Shown here one piece after another: positions 28,879 to 41,728 of a DNA stretch of 64,000 nucleotides. Each line of letters begins with the position of its first letter. The stretch's first letter is position 1. This DNA is from Eledone cirrhosa (taxonomy: Eukaryota). The notes under the pieces were generated by a model. That model did no database searches. It was not told the origin of the DNA and saw nothing but the letters and a program-made list of their open reading frames with translations. Where the stretch lies: NCBI GenBank assembly GCA_964016885.1, contig OZ024743.1, forward strand, positions 280,488,001 through 280,552,000, given 5' to 3'. Position numbers and translations under genes: made by a program.

Positions 28879-30650
28879 ATGGCTGAGCCACGCCCCACCC
28901 CACCCCACAGCGATATGTTGGCTGTCGTGCGACAACGACGTAGAAGTATAGAGGAGCGCTACAGCGAAATTAACACACATTGATAACACAAGCACCACCA
29001 CAAACAATGTAAACAAAGACACCAATGATACCAATGAGAACTCTAATTTTGAAAAAAATGACAGTAACAGCGACAACGAAAATACAGATAACGAAAAAAA
29101 ATACAGATAACAAAAAAAAAAATATCAAATACAACAACAATATCAACACCACTAACATGAAAACAAATAGCGACAACACCAACAGCAACAATACCAACTG
29201 CACCGAGAACAACGGTGGCAACAAAGGCAACAATTATAACAGCGACAGTGCTAACAACAACACCAACAAGAACAACGACAAAGACCACAACACCCCCAAC
29301 GAAAACAAGGAGAACACTTTCGCTGCGGCAGCAGCAAAAAAGAGGCCATGCTTCAACATGGACCTCTCAAACAAAGATGAAAAGTTGGCCCAGGCATGGA
29401 AGCTCATCAAGCAAGAGCAAACCTGGGCCAACTCAACTGTCCCGGTAGAAGCTATTGAGGCAGTGGAGCGCAGAACGGTGCATTATAGATGCATCTCAGC
29501 ACAAACCAAAAGGGCAGCTTTAATCCCACAAGAAGATGTCGAAATCGCGCTGAGGTGCATCAGAGAAGACACCCAGTACATAGAGAGGGGCAGACAGTAC
29601 GGCACCATTTCGGTGTTGTTCAAGTCAGAAGCCCTCGCTATGAAACACGCTATGACTCCTTGCAAAACCAGCAAGGTCATAATGTACCCCTTCCACATGG
29701 GAAAAAGAACGGCCCGTCTCCGCATTCAGTGTTTTGTTTGTGGGGAAAAAACCCATTTGGGAGCCTTCTGCCCTCAACTGTTGAAAGAGGCAAAGGGTCG
29801 AAAGGCTCCACTGCTTTCGACGCCGGGGCGAGGACCACAACCAACACCAGTACCGGCAAAATCACCAACAACAACACCAATAGAAAGACCACCACCAACA
29901 TTGACCACCCAGCGGGGAAACGAGGAAAGCTGTCAAATTCCCCCTCCCCCCCCCAAAAAAAATACACACACCAATAAAACCATAAACATACATACAGACA
30001 CACTTACAGACACAGACCCCTCATCTACCAGTAGTGAAGATGAGGGAAAACCAAAATCCCCAAAATACAAAAAAGGAAACACAAAAAGAAAAAAAAACTC
30101 AACAAAGCACAAAATCACCCACAATGAAAAACGCAGAAACCACCCACGAAAACATCTCTCCAATAACACCAACATCAACACCACCATCACCATCACCAGA
30201 ATCCCCCAAACGCAAGAACAAATATACATACAAAGATCTGAAACCACAGACACCGCACTCACAACAAACACAGATACAACCGAAACAACACCACCAAAAC
30301 CATCACCACCACAGCCACGCAAACAAATAAAATCACACCAACAAAACATACAAAACTTCGTGCTCGTCAGGAGGGCCAACAAGGAACTGATGACCCTCGT
30401 AGCACGAAGTGAAAATATACAAAAAGAGGGGGACATTTTTAAATCGAGCACATTTCGTGTGCCGGAAGATTTGGTTCTAGTGCGAATGTCGCTCGACATA
30501 TTCAACGAAATACGAGACAGCTTTCCTCGGGACGTGGGAGCCCCGAACGTAAAACCCACTTCAAGACTTTTAAAGGGGTTCCCAAAAGAAACCCCACCAA
30601 CTATGGAGGTCGAACAACCCGACCTTCACAAGAGCCCGGAAGGTAAGTAA
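28879..30650 (+). pseudogene. Tx1 ORF1, frameshifted with internal deletion
   Basis: MAEPRP start out of frame with ORF 29025-30650; CCHC CFVCGEKTHLGAFC; lacks about 77 aa present in copy C. Confidence 0.85.
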
Positions 30651-30681
30651 ACCTTCCTCTCTCTTTGTTTAACCTGCCAAC

Positions 30682-33600
30682 ATGGCCGTATTAAGAGTAG
30701 GATGTTTAATTGTTCGAGGCCTGGGATCGTCCTGGAAGCAGGGTCACCTGCTCAACAACCTCGGGTCTATAGAAATGGATGTAATTGTAGTCAGCGAGAC
30801 CAGGTATCCGACACGCGCGCACTAGCCCCCATTTTCGACGACTATCAGATCTTTGCATCTGTTAACCGGCCAGGAATGGGAGGCGGGGTGGCAGTGCTGT
30901 TTAGGAAAGGCCTGGATCTCGAGGTAAGGTCGATCTTCCGGGACCCGGGCGGGAAGTTGGTGGTTCTGGACGTGAACAATAACGAAGGTGGTGCCTTTAG
31001 ACTGGTGGCCATCTATGCTCCTACTGGGGCAGGACGGCCGGACTTCTTTAGACGCCTGGAAGCCTTTCTGGGTACGTCTCGCCCTTTACTGTTAGCGAGG
31101 GACTGGAATGGCATCTTAGACGCACGCTGGGACTGTGTGGGAGTATCCGATAGGAGCGGGGGGCGCAAAAGCCTCAAGAACCTGATCAGCCTGTTCCAAC
31201 TGTCTGACAGGTACCGACTAGATTTCCCTAATGCGCCAGCGTGGATCTGGGCTAACCGCATAGGGTCATCTAGATCGTATATAGACAGGATATTCATTAG
31301 GAAAATAGACAGAAATAGTGTAAGCTGTCCACGTTTTGAAACGGTCGCCTATTCAGATCACAAGTTTGTGATCTGTATGTTCGACCTAGATAAGACGCGT
31401 AGGTTAGCACCTGGTTACTGGAAGCTAAACATGTCATTTCCGGCACGTAAGGCTTACAGGGACCAGGTCAACAATTTAGTTAAGAAAAAGTTGACAGGGG
31501 GAGTCGTCAACAATAGATGGTGGGGGGCTCTCAAAAGAGAGATTAGAGTAATGTCGATAGAGTTTAGCAAAGAAGTAGCGTTAGAGAAAAATAGAAAGGA
31601 GGGGGAGTTGGTAGATAAGTTAGACGAGGCTATTGGTAGTGGCATTGCAACTGACGTGCTAGCGGCGAGAATGGCATTAGACCATTTCTTCAATGCGAAA
31701 CACGAAGGTTGCATTGTCAGAGCTAAGGCGCGTGCTCTGAGAAATGAGGGAACCAAAGCTGTTCGATGGGCCCGCGTGGCAGAGGCGCAGCGTGGTAATA
31801 AAACCACGATTCGGTCTTTGACGGACCGAGACGGGCACGAGCTGACCGATTCCAAGAGATGTGTGAGGCCTTTCGCCAACATTTTGCTCGGTTGTTCGGG
31901 GGAAGTGGCGAGTCAGATTAGGTGGCGTGTCAGAGATGGTGGCGGACTTCAGTCCCTATCTCGATGGCTTGCCGCAACTCTCAACGGCTGACGCTGGGCG
32001 CTGCGAAAGGCCAATTACTTCAGCCGAGATTCAGGATGCCCTTGTCGGCTGCATGAGGCGCAAGTCACCCGGTTTGGATGGTCTGTCCTACGAGCTTTAC
32101 GTAAATATGCCAGACTTGTTCTCCAATCTCCTCGAAGCTCTCTACTGCAACTGTCAGCAAAACGGGAGTATTCCCAGTTCTGTGAGATGGGGCGTAGTGA
32201 CGCTGATAAGGAAAGACGAGAAAAATAGGGACACATTAGACAATTTCAGGCCCATAACTCTGCTCAACACAGAGTTTAATATTTTGGCCAGGGTGTTAGC
32301 AAAGTGGTTGGCGCTTGTCGTCGGGGATTTGGTTAGGGAGGCGCAAACTTGCGCAATCCCAACCAAGTCCATACACGACAACCTCCACCTAATGCGATAC
32401 GTCATAGAGAGGGTAGGATGTAAACCTGGCTTCGGTGGGGCTCTGCTCAATTTAGATCAATCGAAAGCATTCGATAGGGTCGACCATCGGTACCTGGAAA
32501 GTGTCTTCAAGGCGGCTGGCTTCGGCCCTGTCTTCAGAGCTGGATCGCTGCAATGCACAGCGGCACCTGCTCGATGGTCAAAATTAATGGCCACCTCTCG
32601 GAACCGTTTCAGGTCTCCCGATCGGTCCATCAAGGGTGCTCTCTCTCTCTCCTCCCTTCTGTACGTATTGACTCTCGAGCCTTTACTGCGGAAGCTGGAG
32701 CTGTTGCAGAGCATCCCGCTCGAACCGAGACGCGGAAAGGCTGTGTCGGTTTATGCGGACGACATCACCGTGATGGTGGCGGACACCTCAGAAATCGAGG
32801 TGGTCGGCAACTTATTGGAGGAATGTGAAAGGTTGACGGGAGCAAAACTTAACACGGAAAAGTCAGTAGGCTTGCAAATAGGCACCTGGAGAGGCAAGTC
32901 CATGCCGTCCAACAGCGTCGTTAGGCGCTGGACGGACGGACCGGTAAAGTTGCTAGGGGTTTGGTTCGGGCCAGACCTCCAGGTGGATAAGAATTGGGAC
33001 GAGGTGACGGGCAGGGTAGCCAGTCTCACCCAGAAATGGGCTGGGATGAAGCTATCACTGAGAGGTCGGGCGGAGGTGGCGAACGCGTACATCGCGTCCG
33101 TCATCTACTACCGTCTGACTATCGTCCCTTGCCCCCGTTCGCGCCTCGCCATCTTGGAGCGGCTTTTCTTCAAATTCTTGTGGAGGGGTCAGGTTCCGCT
33201 GGTGAGGCGGTCCATCTGCTGCCAGCACCCTCTACGTGGAGCGCTGGGCATGCCGTGGTTAATGATGCGCAGGCACGCGCTGAGGCTGCGGCATCTCCAG
33301 AATTTCTGCCTAAACGGTGAACAGGTGTGGTCGCCGTTTGTCAGACGGGCCTTTCCGCAGCTCGTTTCCTTGACTGAGCTGCAGTCCTGGGTCAAGAAGA
33401 GACTGAGACTGGGTGACTGGCATCTGGAATGTTTCCAGGCACTCACTGCCCTCTACCAGGCGGGCAATGCGGTCAGTGGAACTTCCACTCTCGAGTTCAA
33501 ATAGAGGATTAGTGGTGGGAAAGTGCGACGACGCATTCGGAGAGGCTCTGGGAGTCAACGAAGTCGAACTAACCAGTCTGTACCGGAGGACTTTCGAACC

Positions 33601-34127
33601 GGGGACGATGGATAATTTCCAAAAATCCCTCGCTCGCTTGGCAGTGCTACCGGGGGTCACTGCCGGTTCGAGATAAACTCTACAAGCACGGAAGTGCTGT
33701 CAGACGGACCTGCTTGAGATGCACGCAGAGCGACGAAACCGTTCTGCACGCACTCGTCCAGTGTCCGTGCATTACTGACTTGTGGAGTTATGTTAAACAG
33801 CTGTTGTCGCTTGTAGAACGGATCCGGCTATCAGCCGAGTCCATAGTGAAGATCGACCCGCCGCCTTCTTTTGGCCAGGAAGGGCAGGCAATTTTCCTCT
33901 GTCTGGTGGCAGTAGCGAAAGAGGTTGTATGGTGGACGAGGTTGAAAGGACTGAAGACAGACACTTTTCTCTTCGGCCAATCCCTCATCAACTTTTTCAA
34001 GTTTCACTTGGAAAGGAAGGTGAGGGTGGAGAGAGAAGTGCTTCCCCCCAGTACATTTGCTGAAAGGTGGGTGAATGTGGCGAGAATGGCCCGTGTGAGT
34101 GAGCCTACTCTGGTCATGCGGCTGTAG
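30682..34127 (+). pseudogene. Tx1 ORF2 (APE-RT), disrupted
   Basis: Pieces 30702-31991, 31927-33504, 33413-33676 and 33714-34127 are collinear with intact ORF2. Confidence 0.92.
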
Positions 34128-34446
34128 GTAGGTAAATTTGAGGAGGAGAGGGGTGCCCTTCCAGGGTGCTCTCGAAGCGTCGGGTCGTTCAGGACTGGTG
34201 GTGTACCTGAGCGAACCCTAGGTGGTCATCCCTCTATTGGGGAATTTTTTCTTGTTGTAATTTTATTGTTACTTTATTGTTACTTTGTTATTGTTACTTT
34301 GTTTATTTATATTGTTTACTCGATTTTTTTGTAAAACCCCACTGTCCCAGTCTTTTGTATTGTCCCCTATATGTCGGCCCTTGTGGCCAATAAATGAAAT
34401 CGTTATTATTATTATTATTATTATTATCATTATTATTATTATTATT

Positions 34447-37400
34447 CTTTGGGTCTCAGTCATTGATGTTATTTAACTGGAAAGTTTGTTGAAATGAATA
34501 TCAAGCCGCTACCTGCAACCTCAGATATTCAGAACGTATCGGAGGATTATTGCTGTTCCCAGCAAGCATGCCTTTTGAAGTGTTCCAAAAAGCGGGGCTG
34601 GACTAATCTTCTTTAACCATCATTGGAAACTCTTTGAGATAGTACCTAGTACGCCTATGACAATCGGGACGACTTTGACTTCATAGCAGTTCCAAATCCT
34701 TTTTACCTCCCACTTTAAGTCCTGGTATCGGTTAATTTTCTCCCTCTTTTTTTCTTGCACTCTCGTGTCAAATGAGCAGGCTACATCTACAATCAGGCAC
34801 GATCTTTTTTCCTTGTCCAAAACCACCAGGTCAGGCCTATTGTGTTCTAATTTCTTGTCCGTCTGTATCCTAAAATCCCATAGCACCTTCACCTGATCGT
34901 TTTCTATCACCGACTCTGGCTTATGCTCATACCACTTCTCAGAATGTGGTAAATTGTTTACTTTGCATAGATTCCAGTGGATCACCCTGCCCATCACATC
35001 ATGTCTCCAGCCTTTATAGTGAGTCTGGGCTTGGTGTTTACACTCGAATACAATGTGAGCCACAGTCTCCTCTCTCTCTCTCCACAGATCCTACACAGTG
35101 GGCTAGTCTCCTCCTTGTAAATATGGTGTTTCAGCCACTTCGTTTTGAGGGCCTGCTCTTGCGCAGCCATTAGCATTCCTTCTGTAGCCTTTTTAAGGTC
35201 TCCTCTTTTCAACCAGTTCCATGTATTTGGATCTCTAAATTCAGTTTTCTCAAAGAAAGTACTATGAAGGGATTTTTCATGAAGGTTGCTCTTTCTCCTT
35301 GTTGTTATTTCCTCCTTGGACATCTCCTGGTCTATTGTCCTCTCCTTCAGTACAATTCTGAGCATTGGCTCCCTACTATCAGTCACGTATTTGTGTAGGT
35401 TGTTTCTCTCCATCTGAACACAGTCCTCTATGCTGATAAGACCTCTTCCACCTTCAGATCTCCTTAAGTAGAGTCTATCGACATCACTCCTCCAGTAAAT
35501 TGAACAAAAAGAAATGGATAGGAAGAATAGGAAGCTATTGACTATCTACAACATGTTCCACGAGAGGAGTGATGTCGATAGACACAGGCTAGGACAAGAT
35601 TTGGTTGATATCCTAAACTTAGTGGTAGATGAAATGCACAATTTACCCCTCTTCATCACAAGGACACCACACTTACTAATACCAAATTGCATACATATAT
35701 CATTGCTGAAAATACGGACAGTGTCAACAAGCACATCCAACTCCTTCTCACTCTTTCCGAAGAGCTTAAGATCGTCCATGAAGAAGAGGTGATTGATGGT
35801 AAGCTCTCCCTTTCCCAACTTGTATCCTGCTCTCACTTTTCGCAGTATAATGGTCAGGGGGATCAGGGCAAGGACAAACAACAGAGGGGACAAACTATCT
35901 CCCTGGAAGATACCTCTCTTGATCTTCACGCCTCCCAAGGATTCTCCGCCCGATGTTAACTCTGTTTTCCAGGACTTCATACTTTTACTCAACAACTGTC
36001 TGATGTTATCTGCCACGCTGAAGATCTCTAGGCTTTTGGTTATCCAAGAATGCGGAACCATGTCCCATGGCAAGAACAGTGTGTCTCCTCCTGCCATTCC
36101 TCATTACCATCTTATCAATAAGTAACTGGTCCTTTGTACCACGGGACTTCTTTCGGCATCCTTTCTGTTCGTCCGGTAACAAGTTGTTTATGTGGAGGTG
36201 ATGGTAGATTTCCTCAGACAAAATGCTTGTTAACAGTTTCCACATTGCGGACATACATGTGATAGGTCTATAGTTGGTAACATCATTACCCTTGGTTCGG
36301 TCTTTCATTACCAGAACTGTGGTACCTTTTGTCAACCACTCTGGTACCTCATCCGACATCAAGCAGTCATTGAACATGGTTGTCAGTTTCGGGTGGAGGG
36401 ATGTTATATTTCTAATCCGATACCATCTGGGTCTGGTGATTTCCAGTTGGTTAGTTTTCTGGCCTGCTCCTTAAGAGTTTTAACTGTGATACTCAAATTA
36501 GTTTGTTGGTGTGCCTGTTCACTAATCTCCTTTTGTACTGTCTCAATCCACACTGCCTGATCATTATGTTTAACATCCTGCTCCCATATTCCTCTCCAGA
36601 ATGTTTGTTCCGCCTCAGGGATCAAGTCGTTGCCTCTTCCTTTCCCTTCAAGCTGTCCAAACAACATCTTCTGGTTGTTGTCAAACATGCGGTTCTGTCT
36701 ATACTGAATGACTCTGCTCTCGTATCGCCTAATCTTTGCGCTCTTTGCTACTACGCGTTGCTTCAGTTCCTCTATGATAATATTTAGCTTTTTCCTCCTA
36801 GTTTTGTACTTTATTTCCAGTCTATTTTTAGTGTCTATGTTTTGTAGTGTCCCATTCAGTAGGGACTCAAGCTTTCCAATGTCATTTCTCATTTCCCTGA
36901 TTTGACCATTCAGTCGTTTCTTCCACCAAGGTTCTGATCTTTCTTGTTTGTTGTTTTCTCTCACTTTTATGCCAAGTAATTTCCTCATCGCATTTGCTGT
37001 TGCTTTGAGGATATTGTTGCACTGGTGAAGGTTCCTCGCCTCAAGGTATTGGATGACTTTGTTTACCTTAGCTGTTGTTTCTTTTAACTTTTTCCTTTCT
37101 ACAAATCTTAGGTTCATAGGTTTCCCACTATCATTGTTCATTTCATCTACCACTAAGTTTAGGATATCAACCAAATCTTGTCCTAGCCCGTGTCTATCGA
37201 CATCACTCTTCTTGTGGAACATGTTGTAGATAGTCAATAGCTTCCTATTCTTCCTATCCATTTCTTTTTGTTCAGCAACATTCCATTTCAGAATTCCCGC
37301 ACTGTACCTAATAATAGACACAGCTCGGGAATTTACTGCACTTATGGCATTCCTACTGTTCAGATGTGACTTTAATACGCTCCTTACTCTCCGAATGTAT

Positions 37401-37646
37401 TCAGATCTTATCAATTCCTTCATTTTTTTGTTCTTGGTGTCATCAACCTCCAGAACATCCAAATACTTGTGTCCTTCTTCAGTGTCAATTTCCTTTATCA
37501 TCTCACCTGTTGGTACCTGGATTCCGTTGCTTCTGCTCAATTTACCCCTCTTCATCACAAGGACTCCACACTTACTAATACCAAATTGCATACATATATC
37601 ATTGCTGAAAATACGGACAGTGTCAACAAGCACATCCAACTCCTTC
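34447..37646 (-). mobile_element. Decayed, internally rearranged R4/Dong-like RLE retrotransposon
   Basis: RT (FMDD, QGDSLS), CRICGE..HIV..C, RHD and RPD motifs in broken frames; an RT segment is placed upstream of the N-terminal region; inverted insert at 35503-35636. Confidence 0.9.
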
Positions 37647-37659
37647 TTTATTATTATTG

Positions 37660-37874
37660 TGAATTGGCAGTATTGGTAGAGGGTCAGACAGAGGGCGGTG
37701 AATTGGCAGTATTGGTAGACAGTCAGACACGTTTTCCAGCGTAGTTACGTCCCTTTACGATCTGAGTTCAAATCCCGCTGAGGTTAACTTTGCCTTTCAT
37801 CCTTACGGGGTCGATAAAATAAAGTACCAGTTATGTACTGGGTAATTGCTGGCCTTGTGCCAAAAGTAGAAACA

Positions 37875-37923
<49 letters not shown>
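37660..37923 (+). mobile_element. SINE with duplicated 5' head and (ATT)n tail
   Basis: GTGAATTGGCAGTATTGGTAGA twice, B-box, core, tail, ATT tract 37876-37923. Confidence 0.9.
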
Positions 37924-37925
<2 letters not shown>

Positions 37926-37930
37926 TGATA

Positions 37931-38133
37931 GGGCGGTGGATTGGCAGTATCGGTAGAGGGTCGGACGCCATGCTTTCCAGCATAGTTACGTCCCTTTACG
38001 ATCTGAGTTCAAATCCCGCCGAGGTTGACTTTGCCTTTCATCCTTACGGGGTCGATAAAATAAAGTACCAGTAATGCACTGGGTAATTGCTGGCCTTGTG
38101 CCTAAAGTAGAAACAATTATTATTATTATTATT
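37931..38133 (+). mobile_element. SINE, full length, in tandem with previous copy
   Basis: GGGCGGTGGATTGGCAGTATCGG..GAGTTCAAATCC..GTAGAAACA(ATT)n; tail abuts the Dong 3' end. Confidence 0.92.
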
Positions 38134-41100
38134 GTTATTGTTATTCCTTGAATCTCAGTCATTGATGTTGGTTAACTGGAAAGTCCGTTGGATTGAATAT
38201 CAAGCCACTACCTGCAGCCTCAGATATTCAGGACGTATCGGAGGGTTCTTGCTGTTCCAAGCAAGCATGCCTTTTGAAGCGTTCCAAAAAGCGTGAAGGG
38301 GCCGATTTTCTTTAACGATCCCTGGAAACTTTTGGAGATAGTCCCCAGTGCGCCTATGACAATCGGGATCACTTTGACTTCATGGCAGTTCCAAATCCTT
38401 TTCATCTCCCACTTTAGGTCCTGGTATCGGTTAATTTTCTCCCTCTCCTTCTCCTGCACTCTCGTGTCGAACGGGCAGGCCACATCCACAATCAGGCACG
38501 ATCTTTTTTCTTTGTCCACAACCACCAGGTCAGGTCTATTGTGTTCCAGTTTTTTGTCCGTCTGTATCCTAAAATCCCACAGCACCTTCACCTGTTTGTT
38601 CTCCATCACCGCCTCTGGCCTATGCTCATACCATTTCTCAGAATGTGGTAGATTGTTTACTTTGCACAGGTGCCAGTGGATCACCCTGCCCATCACATCG
38701 TGTCTCCAGCCCTTATAGTGGGTCTGGGCTAGGTGTTTACACTCGGACACAATGTGAGCCACAGTCTCCTCTCTCTCTCCACAGATCCTGCACAGTGGGC
38801 TAGCCTCCTCCTTGTAGATATGGTGCTTCAACCACTTCGTTTTGAGGGCCTGCTCCTGCGCAGCCATTAGCATTCCTTCTGTAGCCTTTTTGAGGTCTCC
38901 TCTTCTCAACCAGTTCCATGTCTGTGGATCTCTAAATTCAGTTTTCTCAAAGAAGGTACTATGAAGGGATTTTCCCTTAAGGCTGCTCTTCCTCCTTGAT
39001 GTTATTTCCTCCCTGGACATCCCCTGGCCTACTGTCCCCTCCTTCAGTACAGTTCTGAGCATTGGCTCCTTACTATAGGTCACGTATTTGTATAGGTTGT
39101 TTTTCTCCATCTGAACACAGTCCTCTATGCTGATAAGACCTCTTCCACCCTCAGATCTCCTTAGGTAGAGTCTATCGACATCACTCCTCTTGTGGAACAT
39201 GTTGTAGATAGTCAATAGCTTCCTAGTCTTCCTATCCATTTCTTTTTGTTCAGCAACATTCCATCTCAGAATTCCCACACTGTACCTAATAATAGACACA
39301 GCTCGGGAATTTACTGCGCTTATGGCATTTCTGCTGTTCAGATGTGACTTCAATACGCTCCTTACTCTCCGAATGTATTCAGTTCTTAACAATTCCTTCA
39401 TTTTTTTGTTCTTTATGCCATCAGCCTCCAGAACGCCCAAATACTTGTATCCTTCCTCAGAGTCAATTTCCTTTATCATCTCACCTGTTGGTATCTGGAT
39501 CCCGTTACTTCTGCTCAACCTACCCCTCCTCATCACAATGACTCCACATTTACCAATACCAAACTGCATACATATATCACTGCTGAAAATACGGACAGTG
39601 TCAACAAGCACATCCAACTCCTTCTCACTTTTCCCGAAGAGCTTAAGATCGTCCATGAAGAGGAGGTGATTGATGGTAAGCTCTCCCCTTCCCAACTTGT
39701 ATCCTGCTCTCACTTTTCGCAGCATAATGGTCAAGGGCATCAGGGCAAGGACAAACAACAGAGGGGACAGGCTATCTCCCTGGAAGATACCTCTCTTGAT
39801 CTTCACGCTTCCCAAGGATACTCCAGTTGATGTCAACTCTGTCTCCCAGGACCCCATACTCCTGCCTAGCAACTGTCTGATGTTATCTGCCACCCTGAAG
39901 ATCTCCAGGCTTTTGGTGATCCAGGAATGAGGCACCATGTCAAATGCCTTTCTGTAGTCTATCCATCCCATGGCAAGATCAGTGTGTCTCCTCCTGCAAT
40001 TCCCCATTACCATCTTATCAATAAGCAACTGGTCCTTTGTACCACGTGACTTCTTTCGGCATCCTTTCTGTTCGTCCGGTAACAAGTTGTTTGTGTGGAG
40101 GTGATGGTAGATTTCCTCAGACACAATGCTCGTCAACAGTTTCCACATTACGGGCAGACATGTGATAGGTCTATAGTTGGTAGCATCATTACCCTTGATT
40201 CGGTCTTTCATTATCAGAACTGTGGTACCTTTTGTCAACCACTCTGGCACCTCACCCGACACCAAGCAGTCATTGAACATGGCCGTCAGCTTCGGGTGGA
40301 GGGATGTTAGATGTTTAATCCAATACCCCTGCACACCATCTGGGCCTGGTGATTTCCAGTTGGTTAGTTTTTTGGCTTGCCCCTTAAGAGTTTCAACTGT
40401 GATACTCAAATCAGTCTGTTGCTGTGCCTGCTCACCGATCTCCCTCTGTACTGTCTCAATCCACCCTGCCTGGGCATTGTGTCTAACATCCTGCTCCCAT
40501 ATTCCTCTCCAGAATGTTTTAGTTTGTTCCGCCCCAGGGATCAAGTCGTTGCCTCTTTCTTTGCCCTCAAGCTGTCCAAACAGCATCTTCTGGTTGTTGT
40601 CGAACATGCGGTTCTGTTTATACTGACTGACTCTGTTCTCGTATCGCCTGATTTTTGCACTCTTTGCTACAATGCGTTGCTTCAATTCCTCTATGATAAT
40701 ATTTAGCTTTTTACTCCTAGTTTTGTATTTTATTTCCAGTCTATTTTTAGTGCCTATGTTTTTTAGTGTCCCATTCAGTAGGGACTCAAGCTTTCCTATG
40801 TCATTTCTCATTTCCCCGATTTGCCCACTCAGTCGCTTCTTCCACCACGGCTCTGCTCTTTCTTGTCTGTTGTTTCCTCTCGCTTTTATACCAAGTAGTT
40901 TCCTCACCGTATTTGCTGTTGCTCTGAGGATATTGTTGCACTGGTGAAGGCTCCTCGCCTCAAGGTATGGGATGACTTTGTTTACCTTAGCTGTTGTTTC
41001 TTTTAACTTTTTCCTGTCTACAAATCTTAGGTTCATAGGTCTCCCACTATCATTGTTCAATTCATCTACTACTAAGTTTAGGATGTCAACCGAATCTTGT

Positions 41101-41728
41101 CCTAGCCCGTCAGCATTCATCTCCTCAGTGGCCGTATCTCTGTTCCAGGTATTATTTATCTCAGTACTCAGATCATTGTCTGCTTCGGGTGGTTCCTCCG
41201 TTCTCAGGACCTCCTCACCTTCATTTCCCACCGGCTCGCTTGTCTGGCATACTACACCCGCCATCTCCAAGCCATTCTCTCTGCTCAGTTCCTCCAGTTC
41301 CAGCTCGCTTATCCACCCATTAGTTCTTATTACCCGAGCCTGCCCGGCCAATTTTTGTTCATCTAATTTAAATAAACCAATCTCGTTCCAGATGTTATGC
41401 ATCCGTCTCCTGTAGCCCCTCTCCTTGGGGTTACTTTTCAGGTAGCATTGCATAACAGTTCTATTCAATTCTTTCGTCCAGTTGGTTCTGGCCCCTTTCC
41501 TTCTTCTCCTTCCTCCAACATCAGCAGTATTTGGTTGACAGTCAGGTTCCTGCTGCTGAGCCAGGGGGCACCTGTTGGGTGAGAGTCTGTCACATGACGT
41601 TCTAGTCTCCATTTCACCGTTATTCGAACTGTTTATGTTCGATATTTAAACACTCTTATCGAGGATTGGCGAATGTATGTTTACATAGCCATCTGTGGAT
41701 CCGCCATCCCACTTGGCCCTTGTGTGGC
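38134..41728 (-). mobile_element. Apparently full-length R4/Dong-like non-LTR retrotransposon
   Basis: Single long ORF; short 3'UTR ending in AATAACAATAAC(AAT)n; 5' boundary approximate. Confidence 0.9.
38220..41612 (-). CDS. RT plus CCHC plus restriction-like endonuclease polyprotein, 1130 aa, intact
   Basis: [81 protein letters not shown]. Confidence 0.95.
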   Translation of the reverse strand: METRTSCDRLSPNRCPLAQQQEPDCQPNTADVGGRRRRKGARTNWTKELNRTVMQCYLKSNPKERGYRRRMHNIWNEIGLFKLDEQKLAGQARVIRTNGWISELELEELSRENGLEMAGVVCQTSEPVGNEGEEVLRTEEPPEADNDLSTEINNTWNRDTATEEMNADGLGQDSVDILNLVVDELNNDSGRPMNLRFVDRKKLKETTAKVNKVIPYLEARSLHQCNNILRATANTVRKLLGIKARGNNRQERAEPWWKKRLSGQIGEMRNDIGKLESLLNGTLKNIGTKNRLEIKYKTRSKKLNIIIEELKQRIVAKSAKIRRYENRVSQYKQNRMFDNNQKMLFGQLEGKERGNDLIPGAEQTKTFWRGIWEQDVRHNAQAGWIETVQREIGEQAQQQTDLSITVETLKGQAKKLTNWKSPGPDGVQGYWIKHLTSLHPKLTAMFNDCLVSGEVPEWLTKGTTVLIMKDRIKGNDATNYRPITCLPVMWKLLTSIVSEEIYHHLHTNNLLPDEQKGCRKKSRGTKDQLLIDKMVMGNCRRRHTDLAMGWIDYRKAFDMVPHSWITKSLEIFRVADNIRQLLGRSMGSWETELTSTGVSLGSVKIKRGIFQGDSLSPLLFVLALMPLTIMLRKVRAGYKLGRGELTINHLLFMDDLKLFGKSEKELDVLVDTVRIFSSDICMQFGIGKCGVIVMRRGRLSRSNGIQIPTGEMIKEIDSEEGYKYLGVLEADGIKNKKMKELLRTEYIRRVRSVLKSHLNSRNAISAVNSRAVSIIRYSVGILRWNVAEQKEMDRKTRKLLTIYNMFHKRSDVDRLYLRRSEGGRGLISIEDCVQMEKNNLYKYVTYSKEPMLRTVLKEGTVGQGMSREEITSRRKSSLKGKSLHSTFFEKTEFRDPQTWNWLRRGDLKKATEGMLMAAQEQALKTKWLKHHIYKEEASPLCRICGEREETVAHIVSECKHLAQTHYKGWRHDVMGRVIHWHLCKVNNLPHSEKWYEHRPEAVMENKQVKVLWDFRIQTDKKLEHNRPDLVVVDKEKRSCLIVDVACPFDTRVQEKEREKINRYQDLKWEMKRIWNCHEVKVIPIVIGALGTISKSFQGSLKKIGPFTLFGTLQKACLLGTARTLRYVLNI

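Larger units (their letters stand above)
28673..34400 (+). mobile_element. Full-length decayed Tx1-like LINE, subfamily B/C (copy B)
   Basis: ORF1 from ATG 28879 to 30650, ORF2 30682-34127 with frameshifts and stops; closely related to 56217-62044; (ATT)n on both sides. Confidence 0.93.
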
